Part shown: in pieces, positions 32,794 through 42,529 of the stretch
How positions within the stretch are numbered: position 1 is the stretch's first letter
How the letters are laid out: each line of letters begins with the position of its first letter
Source: Mesorhizobium sp.
GTDB taxonomy: Bacteria > Pseudomonadota > Alphaproteobacteria > Rhizobiales > Rhizobiaceae
DNA: 42,529 nucleotides
Reading direction: 5' to 3'
NCBI GenBank assembly: GCA_039916205.1
Contig: JBDSLV010000113.1
Coordinates: 1-42,529 of the forward strand
Notes under the pieces: model-generated
Told to the model about the DNA's origin: nothing
The model's input: the letters and a program-made list of their open reading frames with translations, nothing else
Databases searched by the model: none
Made by a program: the position numbers and the translations under genes

Positions 32794-33495
32794 ATGGACC
32801 CCAAGGACAGACGAAGCCGAGCGACCGAAGCATTTTTCGGTCGCCGGCGCGGCAAGACCATGCGTCCGCAACAGGCGGCCGCGTTGGAAAGCGGCTTTGG
32901 CACATACAGGCTTGACCTGACGGCTGAACCGCCGGCGGATTTGCGCAAGCTGTTTGAAGCCGAGGTCGCGGCGGTTCGGCTCGAGATTGGCTTCGGTGGC
33001 GGCGAACATCTCCTGCACCGCGCCGTCGAGGCGCCGGCGATCGGCTTTGTCGGCGTCGAGCCTTTCGTCAACGGCATGGCCAAGATGATGATGGCGGTGA
33101 AGGAAAAGCCGCTCGCCAACCTTCGCGTCTACGATGACGACGCAACCCAGTTGCTCGACTGGCTGCCGCAGGCCTCGCTCGACGGCATCGACCTGCTCTA
33201 TCCGGACCCTTGGCCAAAGAAGAAGCACTGGAAGCGGCGCTTCGTCAGCCCGGTCAACCTCGATCGTTTCGCGCGCGTCCTGAAGCCGGGGTCAAAGTTC
33301 CGCTTTGCCTCCGATATCGATACCTATGTGGACTGGACCTTGCAGCACTGCCGGGCCCATGGTGCCTTCGCGTGGCAGGCGTCGGACGCGTCCGACTGGC
33401 ACCGGCCTTACGACGGCTGGCCGGGTACGCGCTATGAGGCAAAAGCCATTCGCGAGGGCCGGCGGCCTGCCTATCTAACCTTCCTTAGGACGTGA
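32794..33495 (+). CDS. trmB: tRNA (guanine-N7)-methyltransferase
   Basis: LEIGFGGGE; [14 protein letters not shown]; FASD; TRYEAKA. Confidence 0.96.
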   Translation: MDPKDRRSRATEAFFGRRRGKTMRPQQAAALESGFGTYRLDLTAEPPADLRKLFEAEVAAVRLEIGFGGGEHLLHRAVEAPAIGFVGVEPFVNGMAKMMMAVKEKPLANLRVYDDDATQLLDWLPQASLDGIDLLYPDPWPKKKHWKRRFVSPVNLDRFARVLKPGSKFRFASDIDTYVDWTLQHCRAHGAFAWQASDASDWHRPYDGWPGTRYEAKAIREGRRPAYLTFLRT

Positions 33496-34890
33496 TTCAG
33501 GCGCGCTGGCGGGGAACGATACGCGCACACGCAGGCCGTGGCCATTCGCGCCCGCCGTCAGGTCGAGTCTTCCGCCAAACAGGGCCGCGATTTCCTCGAC
33601 GATAGGCAGGCCAAGCCCGGCTCCCGGTTTTTCACCCGCCCGACCGCGCACGAAGCGGCGGCGTACGTTGTCGAGTTCCGGCAGCGGAATGCCAGGGCCG
33701 GTGTCCTCGACCTCCAGCAGCACATCGTCCTGGCGGGCAGACACCTTGACGGTCGATTCCGCGCCGCTTCCCGCGTAGGTCAGCACGTTCTCAATCAGGT
33801 TTCGGATCATTTCGCCGAGCAGCATCGGTTCGCCACGCACATGGAGTGGCGTCTCGCCTTCGAAGCCAAGGTCGATGCCGGACGCGTGGGCCCTGGTGAC
33901 GAGTTCCGCTGTAAGTGCGCTGGCAAGCGCCGTCAGGTCGACGGTGTCGAGGTTCTTCAGCTGATCGGACGCCGCCTCGTCAACCTTGGCGAGCAGCAGA
34001 AGCTGAGCGATCACGCGTTCCGCGTGCGCTACCGCCTCATCGCCGATCCTGGCCGCGGCGCGGGCCTCATCAAGTGAATGAGCACGTGCCGAAAGCGCCA
34101 GCTGCGTGCGGATGATGGTCAGCGGCGTGCGCAGCTGGTGGCTGGCATTGCCGGTGAAGTGCCGCATGGCGCCGAGCGCGGAATTCAGCCGCCCCATGAA
34201 AGAATTGACGGTGTCGACCAGACCCCGCACCTCCTTGGGCACCGCCTGTTCGATCGGATGCAGGTCGTCGGGGTTGCGTTCGGCGATCGCGTCTTGCAGG
34301 CGGTAAAGCGGTCCAAGCGAGAATGTCACGGCAAGCCATGCGATCATCACGGCGCTGCCGATCAGGATGGCGAGGCGCAACGCTGAGCGCAACAGGATGG
34401 TCCGGGCCAGCTGCGTGCGGGCAATGGTCGTCTCGGCGATCGTGACGACAAACGGCACCGAGCTTACGCCGGTCGACGCGGCCCGGGAAAGCGAGGCCAG
34501 CCGGATCGGTTCGCCGCGAAAGCTGGCATCGGCATAGCCGCTTTCCTCTCGGCCCAGCCCAGCTATCACCGGCAGCGTCTGGTAGCCGGTGATGAAGGCG
34601 CCATTCGGCCCGTCGATACGATAGAAGACGCGATCCTGCGCTGCCGAAGTCAGCATTTCCAGCGCGACATAGGGGATGTCGACTTCCAGTGCACCGCCTT
34701 CGCCAACCACCACGCGCTCGGCGATCGCCAGCGCGGAGCCCGCCAGCACCCGGTCGGACACGGCATTCGCCGTATCGACGGCCTCGCGATAGGTATCGGC
34801 GAGCGCGATCAGGCCGATGCTGACAAGCGGCACCAGCAGCCAGAGCAGCAGCCGCCCGCGCAGGGAGTAGGGCTTGGCGGCCGCCGTCAT
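33475..34890 (-). CDS. tctE: TctE-like sensor histidine kinase
   Basis: SLRGRLL N-terminus; periplasmic domain with DRVL and DRVFYRI; HAMP; H-box ASHQLRTPL; DTGPGI; GAGLGL; next to tctCBA. Confidence 0.88.
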   Translation of the reverse strand: MTAAAKPYSLRGRLLLWLLVPLVSIGLIALADTYREAVDTANAVSDRVLAGSALAIAERVVVGEGGALEVDIPYVALEMLTSAAQDRVFYRIDGPNGAFITGYQTLPVIAGLGREESGYADASFRGEPIRLASLSRAASTGVSSVPFVVTIAETTIARTQLARTILLRSALRLAILIGSAVMIAWLAVTFSLGPLYRLQDAIAERNPDDLHPIEQAVPKEVRGLVDTVNSFMGRLNSALGAMRHFTGNASHQLRTPLTIIRTQLALSARAHSLDEARAAARIGDEAVAHAERVIAQLLLLAKVDEAASDQLKNLDTVDLTALASALTAELVTRAHASGIDLGFEGETPLHVRGEPMLLGEMIRNLIENVLTYAGSGAESTVKVSARQDDVLLEVEDTGPGIPLPELDNVRRRFVRGRAGEKPGAGLGLPIVEEIAALFGGRLDLTAGANGHGLRVRVSFPASAPESRPKEG

Positions 34891-35561
34891 TGGCTCTGGA
34901 TCTTTTCGAGATAGTAGCCGATGCCTCGGGCCGTCCTCACCGTCAGGCCACAGGGCGCCAGCCGTTTGCGCAACCGGCTGACATACTGCTCGACGGCATT
35001 GGCGCTCAAATCCTCATCGAAGCCGGCCAGCGATTCGATGATCGCCTGTTTGGCGACCACCTTGCCGGCACGCATGAACAGGGTTTCGAGCAACCCGAGT
35101 TCGCGTGCGGGAATGTCGATTGCGTTGCCCAGCCAGGAAAAGCTGCGCGTGTTGAGATCGAGCACAACGTCGCCGAAAGAAACAACCGCCGCTTTCAGGC
35201 CGGCGCGGCGCCGCATCAGCGTGCGCACCCGGGCTTCCAGCTCGTCGACATCGAACGGTTTGACCATGTAATCGTCGGCGCCGAGATTGAGCCCGGTGAC
35301 CCGTTCCGTGAGCGAATGGCGCGCCGACAGGATGAGCACGGCGACGTCGTCCTGGCGGCCGCGTATCGTGCGCAGCACCTCAAGACCATCCATCTCGGGC
35401 AAGTTGAGGTCGAGGATCACCAGGTCGAACCGTTCGGTGGCCACCACCGCTACGGCCGATGCGCCATCGCCGACGACGTCAACGGCGTAGCCGCTGCCTT
35501 TCAGCACGGCCGCCAGCCCGCCCGCCAGCGTCGCGTTGTCCTCCACCACCAGGATGCGCAC
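34887..35561 (-). CDS. tctD: TctD-like OmpR-family response regulator
   Basis: GTG start after AAGGAG; RILVVED; ILDLNLP; GADDYMVKPF; winged helix VEQYVSRLRKRL..RGIGY. Confidence 0.9.
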   Translation of the reverse strand: MRILVVEDNATLAGGLAAVLKGSGYAVDVVGDGASAVAVVATERFDLVILDLNLPEMDGLEVLRTIRGRQDDVAVLILSARHSLTERVTGLNLGADDYMVKPFDVDELEARVRTLMRRRAGLKAAVVSFGDVVLDLNTRSFSWLGNAIDIPARELGLLETLFMRAGKVVAKQAIIESLAGFDEDLSANAVEQYVSRLRKRLAPCGLTVRTARGIGYYLEKIQSQ

Positions 35562-35677
35562 CGGATTCTCCTTGCCGCCTCGCGCTGACGATGCCAATCC
35601 GCTGGGCAAAGGTCCAGCGCCACCCTCGATCGATCTCTGTTGTGTGGCCCGGACGGCTGATGCATGGTCTGCCGGCA

Positions 35678-36742
35678 ATGCGTATGGCCATCCTCACCGC
35701 TGTCGTTTGTCTCTCGGCGCCCGCCTGGGCCGATGCGACGATCTTTCCGGCGCTCAAGGGCGGCGCCGAGGCCCGTATGCTGGTCGTCTATTCGTCGCTA
35801 GATATCCCGTTGGCCAAGCCGATGGTCGACGGTTTCCAGAAAGCCAATCCCGATGTCGCCGTGCGCTATGAGGAATTGCTGACGACCGACATCTACGATC
35901 GGGTAATCGCGGAAACCGACAGTGGCAAGGGCACCGCCGACATTGCCTTTTCCTCGGCCATGGATCTTCAGGTCAAGCTGGCCAATGACGGCTACGCCCA
36001 GGAGAGCCGGCTGCCATTATCGGATCGTTGGCCGCGCTGGGCCAACTGGCGCGACACCGCCTATGCCTTGACCTTCGAGCCGGCCGTCTTCGTCTACCAC
36101 AAGCCGAGCTTCAAGGAGGCGCCGCCGCCGGCGACACGCGGCCAATTTGTCGATTTCCTGAGAACCCAGGGCGACAAGGTCTATGGCCGCATCGCTACCT
36201 ACGACATCGAGCGGTCCGGCGTGGGCTTCATGTTCATGGCGCGCGATCAGGAGCAATATCCCGACATCTGGTCGGTGATCCGCTCGATGGGGGCTGCCGG
36301 CGTCAAGCTCTATTCGACCAGCTCCGCCATCCTTGAGCGCATTGCCGATGGACGTTTCGTGCTTGGCTACAACATCCTGGGCTCCTACGCCGCCGACTGG
36401 GCGGCGAGAAATCCCGATGTCGGCATCGTCCTGCCCAAGGATTATACCGTCGTGATGTCGCGCATCGGACTGGTGCCGGCCGCGGCGCGTTCGCCGGATC
36501 TCGGACGCCGCTATCTCGAATATTTCATGTCGGCGCAGGGCCAGACGGTGATGGCGCGTGAACTCCAGATCGCCGCCGTCAATCCAGACGTTTCGGGCCA
36601 GAACACCGCGAACAGGATGCAGGAAGTGCTCGGCGCGCAGCTGCGCCCCGTGCCGGTCAGCCCGGGGCTCATGGTCTATCTCGACCAGGTCAAGCGTACG
36701 CGCCTCATCGCACGCTGGAACGAAGCGTTGCGCAGCCCCTGA
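35678..36742 (+). CDS. Periplasmic solute-binding protein (AfuA/Fe3+-type family) with no adjacent ABC permease
   Basis: Signal peptide ending AWA; LVVYSS..FQKANPDV; C-terminal YLEYFMSAQGQ, typical of this SBP class. Confidence 0.8.
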   Translation: MRMAILTAVVCLSAPAWADATIFPALKGGAEARMLVVYSSLDIPLAKPMVDGFQKANPDVAVRYEELLTTDIYDRVIAETDSGKGTADIAFSSAMDLQVKLANDGYAQESRLPLSDRWPRWANWRDTAYALTFEPAVFVYHKPSFKEAPPPATRGQFVDFLRTQGDKVYGRIATYDIERSGVGFMFMARDQEQYPDIWSVIRSMGAAGVKLYSTSSAILERIADGRFVLGYNILGSYAADWAARNPDVGIVLPKDYTVVMSRIGLVPAAARSPDLGRRYLEYFMSAQGQTVMARELQIAAVNPDVSGQNTANRMQEVLGAQLRPVPVSPGLMVYLDQVKRTRLIARWNEALRSP

Positions 36743-36769
36743 GCGGCTTTTCCCAACTTTATGTGCCGG

Positions 36770-36786
36770 TGTCAGTTTGATGTCAG
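36770..36786 (+). promoter_or_regulatory. TGTCAG-N5-TGTCAG direct repeat, candidate TctD site
   Basis: Two TGTCAG hexamers at 11-bp period upstream of tctC, the geometry used by OmpR/PhoB-family regulators. Confidence 0.6.
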
Positions 36787-37029
36787 CTTCCTGCGCTAGG
36801 GATGACAGGCCCATCCGTTGGAGGCGGTAGGCTCGGAACGTTCGGGAGGACTTCCACCACATTCTCGGCCAGCAAAACCGGCAGCGATCGCGCTGGACCG
36901 GGGCAGCGAACCTGTGCGTGTGCGCGAGCGGCAAGGCTTCGCGGGCTTCTCCTTTCGTTTCGAGACGCCACTCGGCGCTGGCTTCGAGACATTTGCCCCG
37001 ACCGCGTGGGCAGCAAGGGAGGAACGACA

Positions 37030-37974
37030 ATGAAACAGTTCACTTTGGCGGCCATCATCACAGGCATGCTCGCTGTGCCGGCCATGGCGGCCGACTACAA
37101 GATCATGGCCCCGGCCGCCCCTGGCGGCGGGTGGGACCAGACGGCGCGTTCCATGCAGGCAGCGCTCCAGGACGAAAAGATTTCCGGCAGCGTCCAGGTC
37201 AACAACGTCCCGGGAGCCGGCGGAACCATCGGTCTCGCGCAGTTTGTCAACCAGGCCAACGGCGATCCGGCCCAGCTTATTGTCGGCGGCTATGTCATGG
37301 TCGGCGCGATCCTGACCAACGCCTCGCCGGTAACGCTCGATCAGGTCACCCCCATCGCGCGGCTGACCGGCGAATATGAAGCGATCGTCGTACCGACCGC
37401 TTCCGACATCAAGGACATGGCCGGCCTCGTCGCCAAGCTCAAGGCCGATGCCGGCGCGGTGTCATGGGGCGGCGGCTCGGCCGGCGGCACCGACCACATC
37501 ACGGCGGGCCTGATCGCCAAGGCCGTCGGCGTTGATCCCACCAAGATCAACTATATCGCCTTCTCGGGTGGCGGCGAGGCGCTGGCTGCTATTCTGGGTG
37601 GTCAGGTGACGGTTGGCGTTTCCGGTTACGGGGAATTCGAATCCCAGATCAAGGCAGGCCAACTCCGCATCATCGGCATTTCCAGTGAAGCCAAGGTCGA
37701 AGGTATCGATGCGCCGACGCTGAAAGACAGCGGCGTCGATGTCGCCATCCAGAACTGGCGCATGGTCGCGGCCGCTCCCGGCCTCTCTGCCGATCAGAAA
37801 GCTGCCGTTGCGGCCGACGTCGACAAGATGGTGCAATCGGCTTCCTGGCAGAAGATCCTGGCCGACAAGGGCTGGGCGAACACCTATCTCGCCGGCGATG
37901 ACTTCACCACGCAGCTGAAGAAGGACACCGACGCGACGGCGGCGATCCTGAAAGATATTGGCCTAGTGAAATGA
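37030..37974 (+). CDS. tctC: Tripartite tricarboxylate transporter binding protein
   Basis: RBS GGGAGG; signal peptide; [14 protein letters not shown]; [10 protein letters not shown]; FSGGGEA. Confidence 0.93.
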   Translation: MKQFTLAAIITGMLAVPAMAADYKIMAPAAPGGGWDQTARSMQAALQDEKISGSVQVNNVPGAGGTIGLAQFVNQANGDPAQLIVGGYVMVGAILTNASPVTLDQVTPIARLTGEYEAIVVPTASDIKDMAGLVAKLKADAGAVSWGGGSAGGTDHITAGLIAKAVGVDPTKINYIAFSGGGEALAAILGGQVTVGVSGYGEFESQIKAGQLRIIGISSEAKVEGIDAPTLKDSGVDVAIQNWRMVAAAPGLSADQKAAVAADVDKMVQSASWQKILADKGWANTYLAGDDFTTQLKKDTDATAAILKDIGLVK

Positions 37975-38456
37975 GCCAGGCATCCGATCATGACGCCAAG
38001 CGCCGCCCGGACTGGGCGGCGCTGATCATTGCCGCCGCCCTGGCCGTTGTTGCCGTGGTGATCGCGTGGAGCACCGCCAGCCACGGCGCCGGGGCCAGCT
38101 ACGCACGTGTCGGCCCGACAACCATGCCCTACTTTGTCGCCGTGGCATTCGCCGGCCTGTCGATCTGGACTGCCTTCGAGGCGTTTCGCGGAGACTTTCC
38201 GGAACGCGAACGCCAGGAAATCAGCCCAATCCTCTGGATTGTCGGCGGGCTCGCCGCCCAGATGCTGCTGCTCAAGGTCGCCGGCTTTGCCATTGCCACG
38301 GGCCTGCTGTTCGCCGCGACCGCGCGCGCTTTCGGCAGAGGGCCGTTGTGGAAGACCGTGCCCATTGGCATCGCGCTGTCATTCGTGATCTGGGTCATTT
38401 TTGCCAGGGGACTGCAGCTTTCGCTGCCCGCCGGCCCGCTTGAGCGTCTGTTCTAA
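37971..38456 (+). CDS. tctB: Tripartite tricarboxylate transporter small membrane subunit
   Basis: Hydrophobic helices; VGP..MP; F..GLQLSLPAGP; ATGA-coupled to tctC. Confidence 0.9.
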   Translation: MSQASDHDAKRRPDWAALIIAAALAVVAVVIAWSTASHGAGASYARVGPTTMPYFVAVAFAGLSIWTAFEAFRGDFPERERQEISPILWIVGGLAAQMLLLKVAGFAIATGLLFAATARAFGRGPLWKTVPIGIALSFVIWVIFARGLQLSLPAGPLERLF

Positions 38457-38458
38457 TA

Positions 38459-38522
38459 CCTGTCGCCCAAAAGTGCGCAGCGGTTTTGGGACAACGACAG
38501 GCATAAGCAAAGACTTGAAGCG
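38459..38522. repeat. Intergenic palindromic element (REP/RIME-like)
   Basis: CCTGTCG-CCCAAAA..TTTTGGG-ACAA-CGACAGG followed by CAAAGACTTGAAGCG. Confidence 0.7.
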
Positions 38523-38544
38523 ATTTATGGGAGCTCGTCTGTGA

Positions 38545-40059
38545 ATGGACACGTTTGGTCTGCTGGCACAGGGATTGCTGACGGCTCTTGAGCCGATGAA
38601 CCTGCTCTACGCGCTTATCGGCGTCACGCTCGGCACTGCCGTGGGTGTCCTGCCGGGCATCGGCCCTGCTCTCACGGTCGCGCTGCTTTTGCCGGTGACT
38701 TACAAGCTCGATCCGGCCGGATCGCTGATCATGTTTGCCGGCATCTACTATGGCGGCATGTATGGTGGGTCGACCACATCGATCCTTCTCAACACGCCGG
38801 GGGAAAGCGCCTCGATCGTCACAGCGCTCGAAGGCAACAAGATGGCGCGCGCCGGGCGCGGCGGGCCGGCTCTGGCCACGGCAGCCATCGGCTCGTTCGT
38901 CGCCGGGTTGATCGCCACGATCGGTCTCGCCTTCATCGCCCCGACCGTCGTCAAGATGGCGCTGTCCTTCGGGCCGGCCGAGTATTTCGCCCTCATGGTG
39001 CTCGCCTTCATGACCGTGTCGGCGGCTTTCGGCGATTCGACGCTGCGCGGGCTGACCGCGCTTTTCATCGGCCTGGCCCTCGGCCTCATCGGCATAGACC
39101 TGCAGACCGGGCAGGCGCGCCTCGCCTTCGGCATCCCCGATCTGCTCGACGGCGTTGAAGTGACGACGCTGGCGGTGGCGCTGTTTGCCGTGGGCGAGGC
39201 GCTGACGGTGGCCGCGAGCAAGGGAGGCGACACGACCATCCAGGCCATCAAGGGTTCGGTCTGGATGACGCGCGAGGACTGGCGGCGTTCATGGAAGCCG
39301 TGGCTGCGCGGCACCGCTGTCGGCTTTCCCATCGGCGCGATGCCGGCGGGCGGGGCCGAAATCGGAACTTTCCTGTCCTATTCGATGGAAAAACATCTGG
39401 CGGAAAAGCCGGAAGAATTCGGCCATGGCGCGATTGAAGGTGTCGCGGGCCCGGAAGCAGCCAACAACGCCTCCGCCGCCGGCACGCTTGTGCCTTTGCT
39501 GACGCTCGGCCTGCCGACCACCGCCACGGCAGCGATCATGCTGGCCGGCTTCCAGCAATTCGGCTTGCAGCCCGGGCCTTTGCTGTTCGCCACCAATCCG
39601 CAGCTTGTCTGGGGATTGATCGCCAGCCTGCTGGTGGCCAATCTGATGCTTCTGGTGCTGAACCTGCCTCTGGTCGGTGTCTGGGTCAGGCTGCTGATGA
39701 TCCCGACGCCCTGGCTTTATGCCGGCATCCTGTTGTTCGCGACGCTTGGAACCATCGGTGCCAATCCGTCGACCTTCGAACTGGGCATGCTGCTGGCGTT
39801 CGGGCTGCTTGGTTATGGGCTGCGCCGTTTCGGCTACCCGATCGCCCCGGTCGTGGTCGGGCTCATCCTGGGGCCGATGGCCGAGCAGCAACTGCGCCGC
39901 GCGCTGGCCATCAGCCAGGGCGATCCGTCAGTCCTGCTGGGGTCACCGATTGCGGTTGTCTTGATGTTGCTGGCCGCGACCGCGGTTTTGCTGCCGCTCT
40001 ATCTGCGTGCCCGGGGCAGGGGCAGGGTTCTTGCCCAACTCGGCGCTAACGAAGACTGA
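38545..40059 (+). CDS. tctA: Tripartite tricarboxylate transporter large membrane subunit
   Basis: [11 protein letters not shown]; [20 protein letters not shown]; GPEAANNA; PLLTLGLP. Confidence 0.95.
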   Translation: MDTFGLLAQGLLTALEPMNLLYALIGVTLGTAVGVLPGIGPALTVALLLPVTYKLDPAGSLIMFAGIYYGGMYGGSTTSILLNTPGESASIVTALEGNKMARAGRGGPALATAAIGSFVAGLIATIGLAFIAPTVVKMALSFGPAEYFALMVLAFMTVSAAFGDSTLRGLTALFIGLALGLIGIDLQTGQARLAFGIPDLLDGVEVTTLAVALFAVGEALTVAASKGGDTTIQAIKGSVWMTREDWRRSWKPWLRGTAVGFPIGAMPAGGAEIGTFLSYSMEKHLAEKPEEFGHGAIEGVAGPEAANNASAAGTLVPLLTLGLPTTATAAIMLAGFQQFGLQPGPLLFATNPQLVWGLIASLLVANLMLLVLNLPLVGVWVRLLMIPTPWLYAGILLFATLGTIGANPSTFELGMLLAFGLLGYGLRRFGYPIAPVVVGLILGPMAEQQLRRALAISQGDPSVLLGSPIAVVLMLLAATAVLLPLYLRARGRGRVLAQLGANED

Positions 40060-40063
40060 AAGG

Positions 40064-40228
40064 TCAGAGGCGGCGGATGCCATCGAAGTGGGCCGGGTCG
40101 ATGCCGAGCTTCGCAAGGTCGTCATTATGCGGACGGTGACCGCGTTCGACGGCGGCTGCCGCGGCGACGGCGCTGCCCAGGGCCCGCACCAGGTATCCAA
40201 TACGGCCAAAGGGCTTGTGGGTGTTCAT
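40064..40228 (-). CDS. Small hypothetical protein (54 aa)
   Basis: AAGAGGA RBS before clustered ATGs; MNTHKPFGRIGYLVRALGSAVAAAAAVERGHRPHNDDLAKLGIDPAHFDGIRRL; fills the gap between tctA and rimP; -10-like CCTATCT upstream. Confidence 0.72.
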   Translation of the reverse strand: MNTHKPFGRIGYLVRALGSAVAAAAAVERGHRPHNDDLAKLGIDPAHFDGIRRL

Positions 40229-40300
40229 CGTCATCATCCTCTTTTTTGTGGGTGTCCGCACTCTAGATAGGGATTGCCAGGCAAAGCGGTAGCGACGCGA

Positions 40301-40319
40301 ATGCATGCTTGCCATGCAT
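40301..40319. promoter_or_regulatory. Palindrome ATGCATG-N5-CATGCAT, candidate LsrB/VtlR (LysR) site
   Basis: Perfect 7-bp arms; contains GCAT-N3-TG-N3-T at 40303-40315. Confidence 0.55.
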
Positions 40320-40366
40320 CCGCCGCATGGGCGGCTGGCCGAACCTGCGAGCTGCGGGTCAGAGGA

Positions 40367-40396
40367 CTTGAAAGGTGCGGCGCCTTCCGCTATATC
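40367..40396 (+). promoter_or_regulatory. sigma70 promoter of the rimP-nusA operon
   Basis: C-TTGAAA-N17-TATATC, close to the rhizobial consensus and just before the rimP leader. Confidence 0.7.
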
Positions 40397-40423
40397 AGCC
40401 TCAAATTCTTGGTCGGTATGACG

Positions 40424-40458
40424 AAGAGTGGGTCCACCCGGTCCCGCTCTTTTTTATT
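40424..40458 (+). ncRNA. rimP leader attenuator hairpin
   Basis: AAGAGTGGG..CCCGCTCTT stem followed by a T-tract, directly upstream of rimP. Confidence 0.85.
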
Positions 40459-40494
40459 ACCTGCCGATAGCTTCTATCGAACGACAGGGTTTCA

Positions 40495-41142
40495 ATGACC
40501 GCAACGGCAATCGAGGGCGACGACCGCATCATCCGCGAAAGCGGCATCGATGCGCGCGTCGCGCTGATCATACAGCCGGTGCTGCGGGCGATCGGTTTTC
40601 GGCTTGTCCGGGTGCATCTGTCTGGCCAGAACGGGCTGACGCTGCAGATCATGGCCGAGCGCGAAGACGGCACCATGACCGTCGAGGACTGCGAAGAAGT
40701 CAGCCGCGCGGTGTCGCCGGCACTCGACGTCGACGATCCGATCGAGAAGGCCTATCACCTCGAAGTCTCGTCGCCGGGTATCGACCGGCCGTTGGTCCGC
40801 AAGTCGGACTTCACGACCTGGATCGGGCATCTGGTGAAGATGGAAACGTCGATCGTTGTCGCCGACCGCAAGCGGTTCAAGGGCAAGATCGCTGAAGCCG
40901 GCGAGAATGACGTGCTGATAGAGCGCGACAAGCCGGCCTATGGCGAGGAGCCAACCGTGCGCGTTCCATACGATGCGATTTCGGAAACGCGGCTGATCCT
41001 GACCGATGATCTTATTCGCGATGCGCTGTCGAAGGACAACAGGGCGCGCAAGGAAGCCAAGAAACGCCGCGGCGAACCCGACGATGACGCGCCTGAGGGC
41101 GTGGAGACGGGCGCGGAAGACGAAACCGAACAGGAAATGTGA
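40495..41142 (+). CDS. rimP: Ribosome maturation factor RimP
   Basis: [31 protein letters not shown]; upstream of nusA. Confidence 0.96.
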   Translation: MTATAIEGDDRIIRESGIDARVALIIQPVLRAIGFRLVRVHLSGQNGLTLQIMAEREDGTMTVEDCEEVSRAVSPALDVDDPIEKAYHLEVSSPGIDRPLVRKSDFTTWIGHLVKMETSIVVADRKRFKGKIAEAGENDVLIERDKPAYGEEPTVRVPYDAISETRLILTDDLIRDALSKDNRARKEAKKRRGEPDDDAPEGVETGAEDETEQEM

Positions 41143-41192
41143 TTGGGCGGCCGGGCCCAAAAGGCTCGGCAACAAGCTCGGGAGATAAAGAC

Positions 41193-42529
41193 ATGGTTGT
41201 AAGCGCCAACAGGCTTGAACTGCTGCAGATCGCCGATGCGGTCGCGCGTGAAAAGTCGATCGACAAGTCGATCGTCATCGCCGCCATGGCCGATGCGATC
41301 CAGAAGGCGGCGCGTTCGCGCTACGGCCAGGAGACCAACATCCGCGCCGACATCAACCCGAACACCGGCGAGATGAAGCTGCAGCGGCTGATGGAAGTGG
41401 TCGAGAAGGTCGACGATTACGCAACGCAGATCGCCAGTTCCTCGGCACGCGAGCGCAACCCCGACGCCCAGCTCGGCGACTTCATCGCCGAACAGCTGCC
41501 GCCGATGGATTTCGGCCGCATCGCCGCCCAGTCGGCCAAGCAGGTCATCGTGCAGAAGGTGCGCGAGGCCGAGCGTGACCGTCAGTATGACGAATACAAG
41601 GATCGCATCGGCGAGATCGTCAACGGCACCGTCAAGCGCGTCGAATATGGCAATGTCATTGTCGATCTCGGCCGTGGCGAAGCCATAATCCGCCGCGACG
41701 AGCTGATCCCGCGCGAGAACTACAAGTATGGCGACCGCGTCCGCGCCTATGTCTACGACGTGCGCCGCGAACAGCGCGGCCCGCAGATTTTCCTGTCGCG
41801 TACCCATCCGCAGTTCATGGCCAAGCTGTTCACCATGGAAGTGCCGGAAATCTACGACGGCATCATCGAGATCAAGTCGGTCGCCCGCGACCCGGGCTCG
41901 CGCGCCAAGATCGCCGTCATCTCGCGTGACTCATCGATCGACCCCGTCGGCGCCTGCGTCGGCATGCGCGGCAGCCGCGTTCAGGCGGTTGTCGGTGAAT
42001 TGCAGGGTGAGAAGATCGACATCATTCCGTGGTCGCCATCGGCTGCGTCCTTCATCGTCAACGCGCTGCAGCCGGCGGAAGTCGCCAAGGTCGTGCTCGA
42101 CGAGGATGCGGAGCGCATCGAAGTCGTGGTTCCAGACGATCAGCTGTCGCTGGCCATCGGCCGCCGCGGCCAGAACGTGCGTCTGGCTTCGCAGCTCACC
42201 GGCTGGGATATCGACATCCTGACCGAAGCCGAGGAATCCGAGCGCCGCCAGAAGGAATTCGTCGAGCGGTCGTCGCTGTTCATGGAAGCCCTCGATGTCG
42301 ACGAGATGGTCGGCCAGGTGCTGGCCTCGGAAGGCTTCACGAGCGTCGAGGAAGTTGCCTATGTCGATGCGAGCGAGATCGCGTCCATCGACGGTTTCGA
42401 CGACGACACCGCTTCGGAAATCCAGACCCGCGCCCGCGAATATCTGGAGAAGATCGAGGCCGAGCACGACGAGAAGCGCAAGGCGCTGGGCGTCACCGAC
42501 GAATTGCGCGAAATCCCCGGCATCACCAC
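41193..42529 (+). CDS. nusA: Transcription factor NusA (runs off the window end)
   Basis: Absent from the ORF track because there is no stop in the window. ATG 41193 after GGAG reads [72 protein letters not shown]. Confidence 0.97.
   Translation, partial: MVVSANRLELLQIADAVAREKSIDKSIVIAAMADAIQKAARSRYGQETNIRADINPNTGEMKLQRLMEVVEKVDDYATQIASSSARERNPDAQLGDFIAEQLPPMDFGRIAAQSAKQVIVQKVREAERDRQYDEYKDRIGEIVNGTVKRVEYGNVIVDLGRGEAIIRRDELIPRENYKYGDRVRAYVYDVRREQRGPQIFLSRTHPQFMAKLFTMEVPEIYDGIIEIKSVARDPGSRAKIAVISRDSSIDPVGACVGMRGSRVQAVVGELQGEKIDIIPWSPSAASFIVNALQPAEVAKVVLDEDAERIEVVVPDDQLSLAIGRRGQNVRLASQLTGWDIDILTEAEESERRQKEFVERSSLFMEALDVDEMVGQVLASEGFTSVEEVAYVDASEIASIDGFDDDTASEIQTRAREYLEKIEAEHDEKRKALGVTDELREIPGIT

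Overview
GC-rich alphaproteobacterial chromosome segment. Gene content, gene order and intergenic palindromes point to Mesorhizobium or a close relative (inference). From left to right: a lytic murein transglycosylase; a five-gene peptide ABC operon; a frameshifted SAM methyltransferase with an upstream TGTAAC-N7-GTTACA palindrome; a two-adaptor RND efflux operon; gabT; and an orphan ferredoxin reductase divergent from an iron locus (perfect Irr ICE box, imelysin-bfd-bfr-di-heme protein-imelysin-DUF1513). Next is the housekeeping block tsaB-rimI-olsA/plsC-miaB-phoH-ybeY-corC-lnt-XRE-metK-trmB, with a doubly frameshifted VOC gene inside it. Then comes an accessory tricarboxylate module (tctE-tctD, a permease-less binding protein, tctCBA), a 54-aa small gene with a candidate LsrB/VtlR box, the rimP leader, rimP and a truncated nusA. 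I saw no rRNA, tRNA, CRISPR array, transposase or phage genes. The best leads are the composite iron locus with a possible dedicated Bfd reductase, the probable periplasmic co-sensor of TctDE, the small protein, and two intergenic palindromic elements with shared architecture. All family calls come from motif recognition, not database searches.
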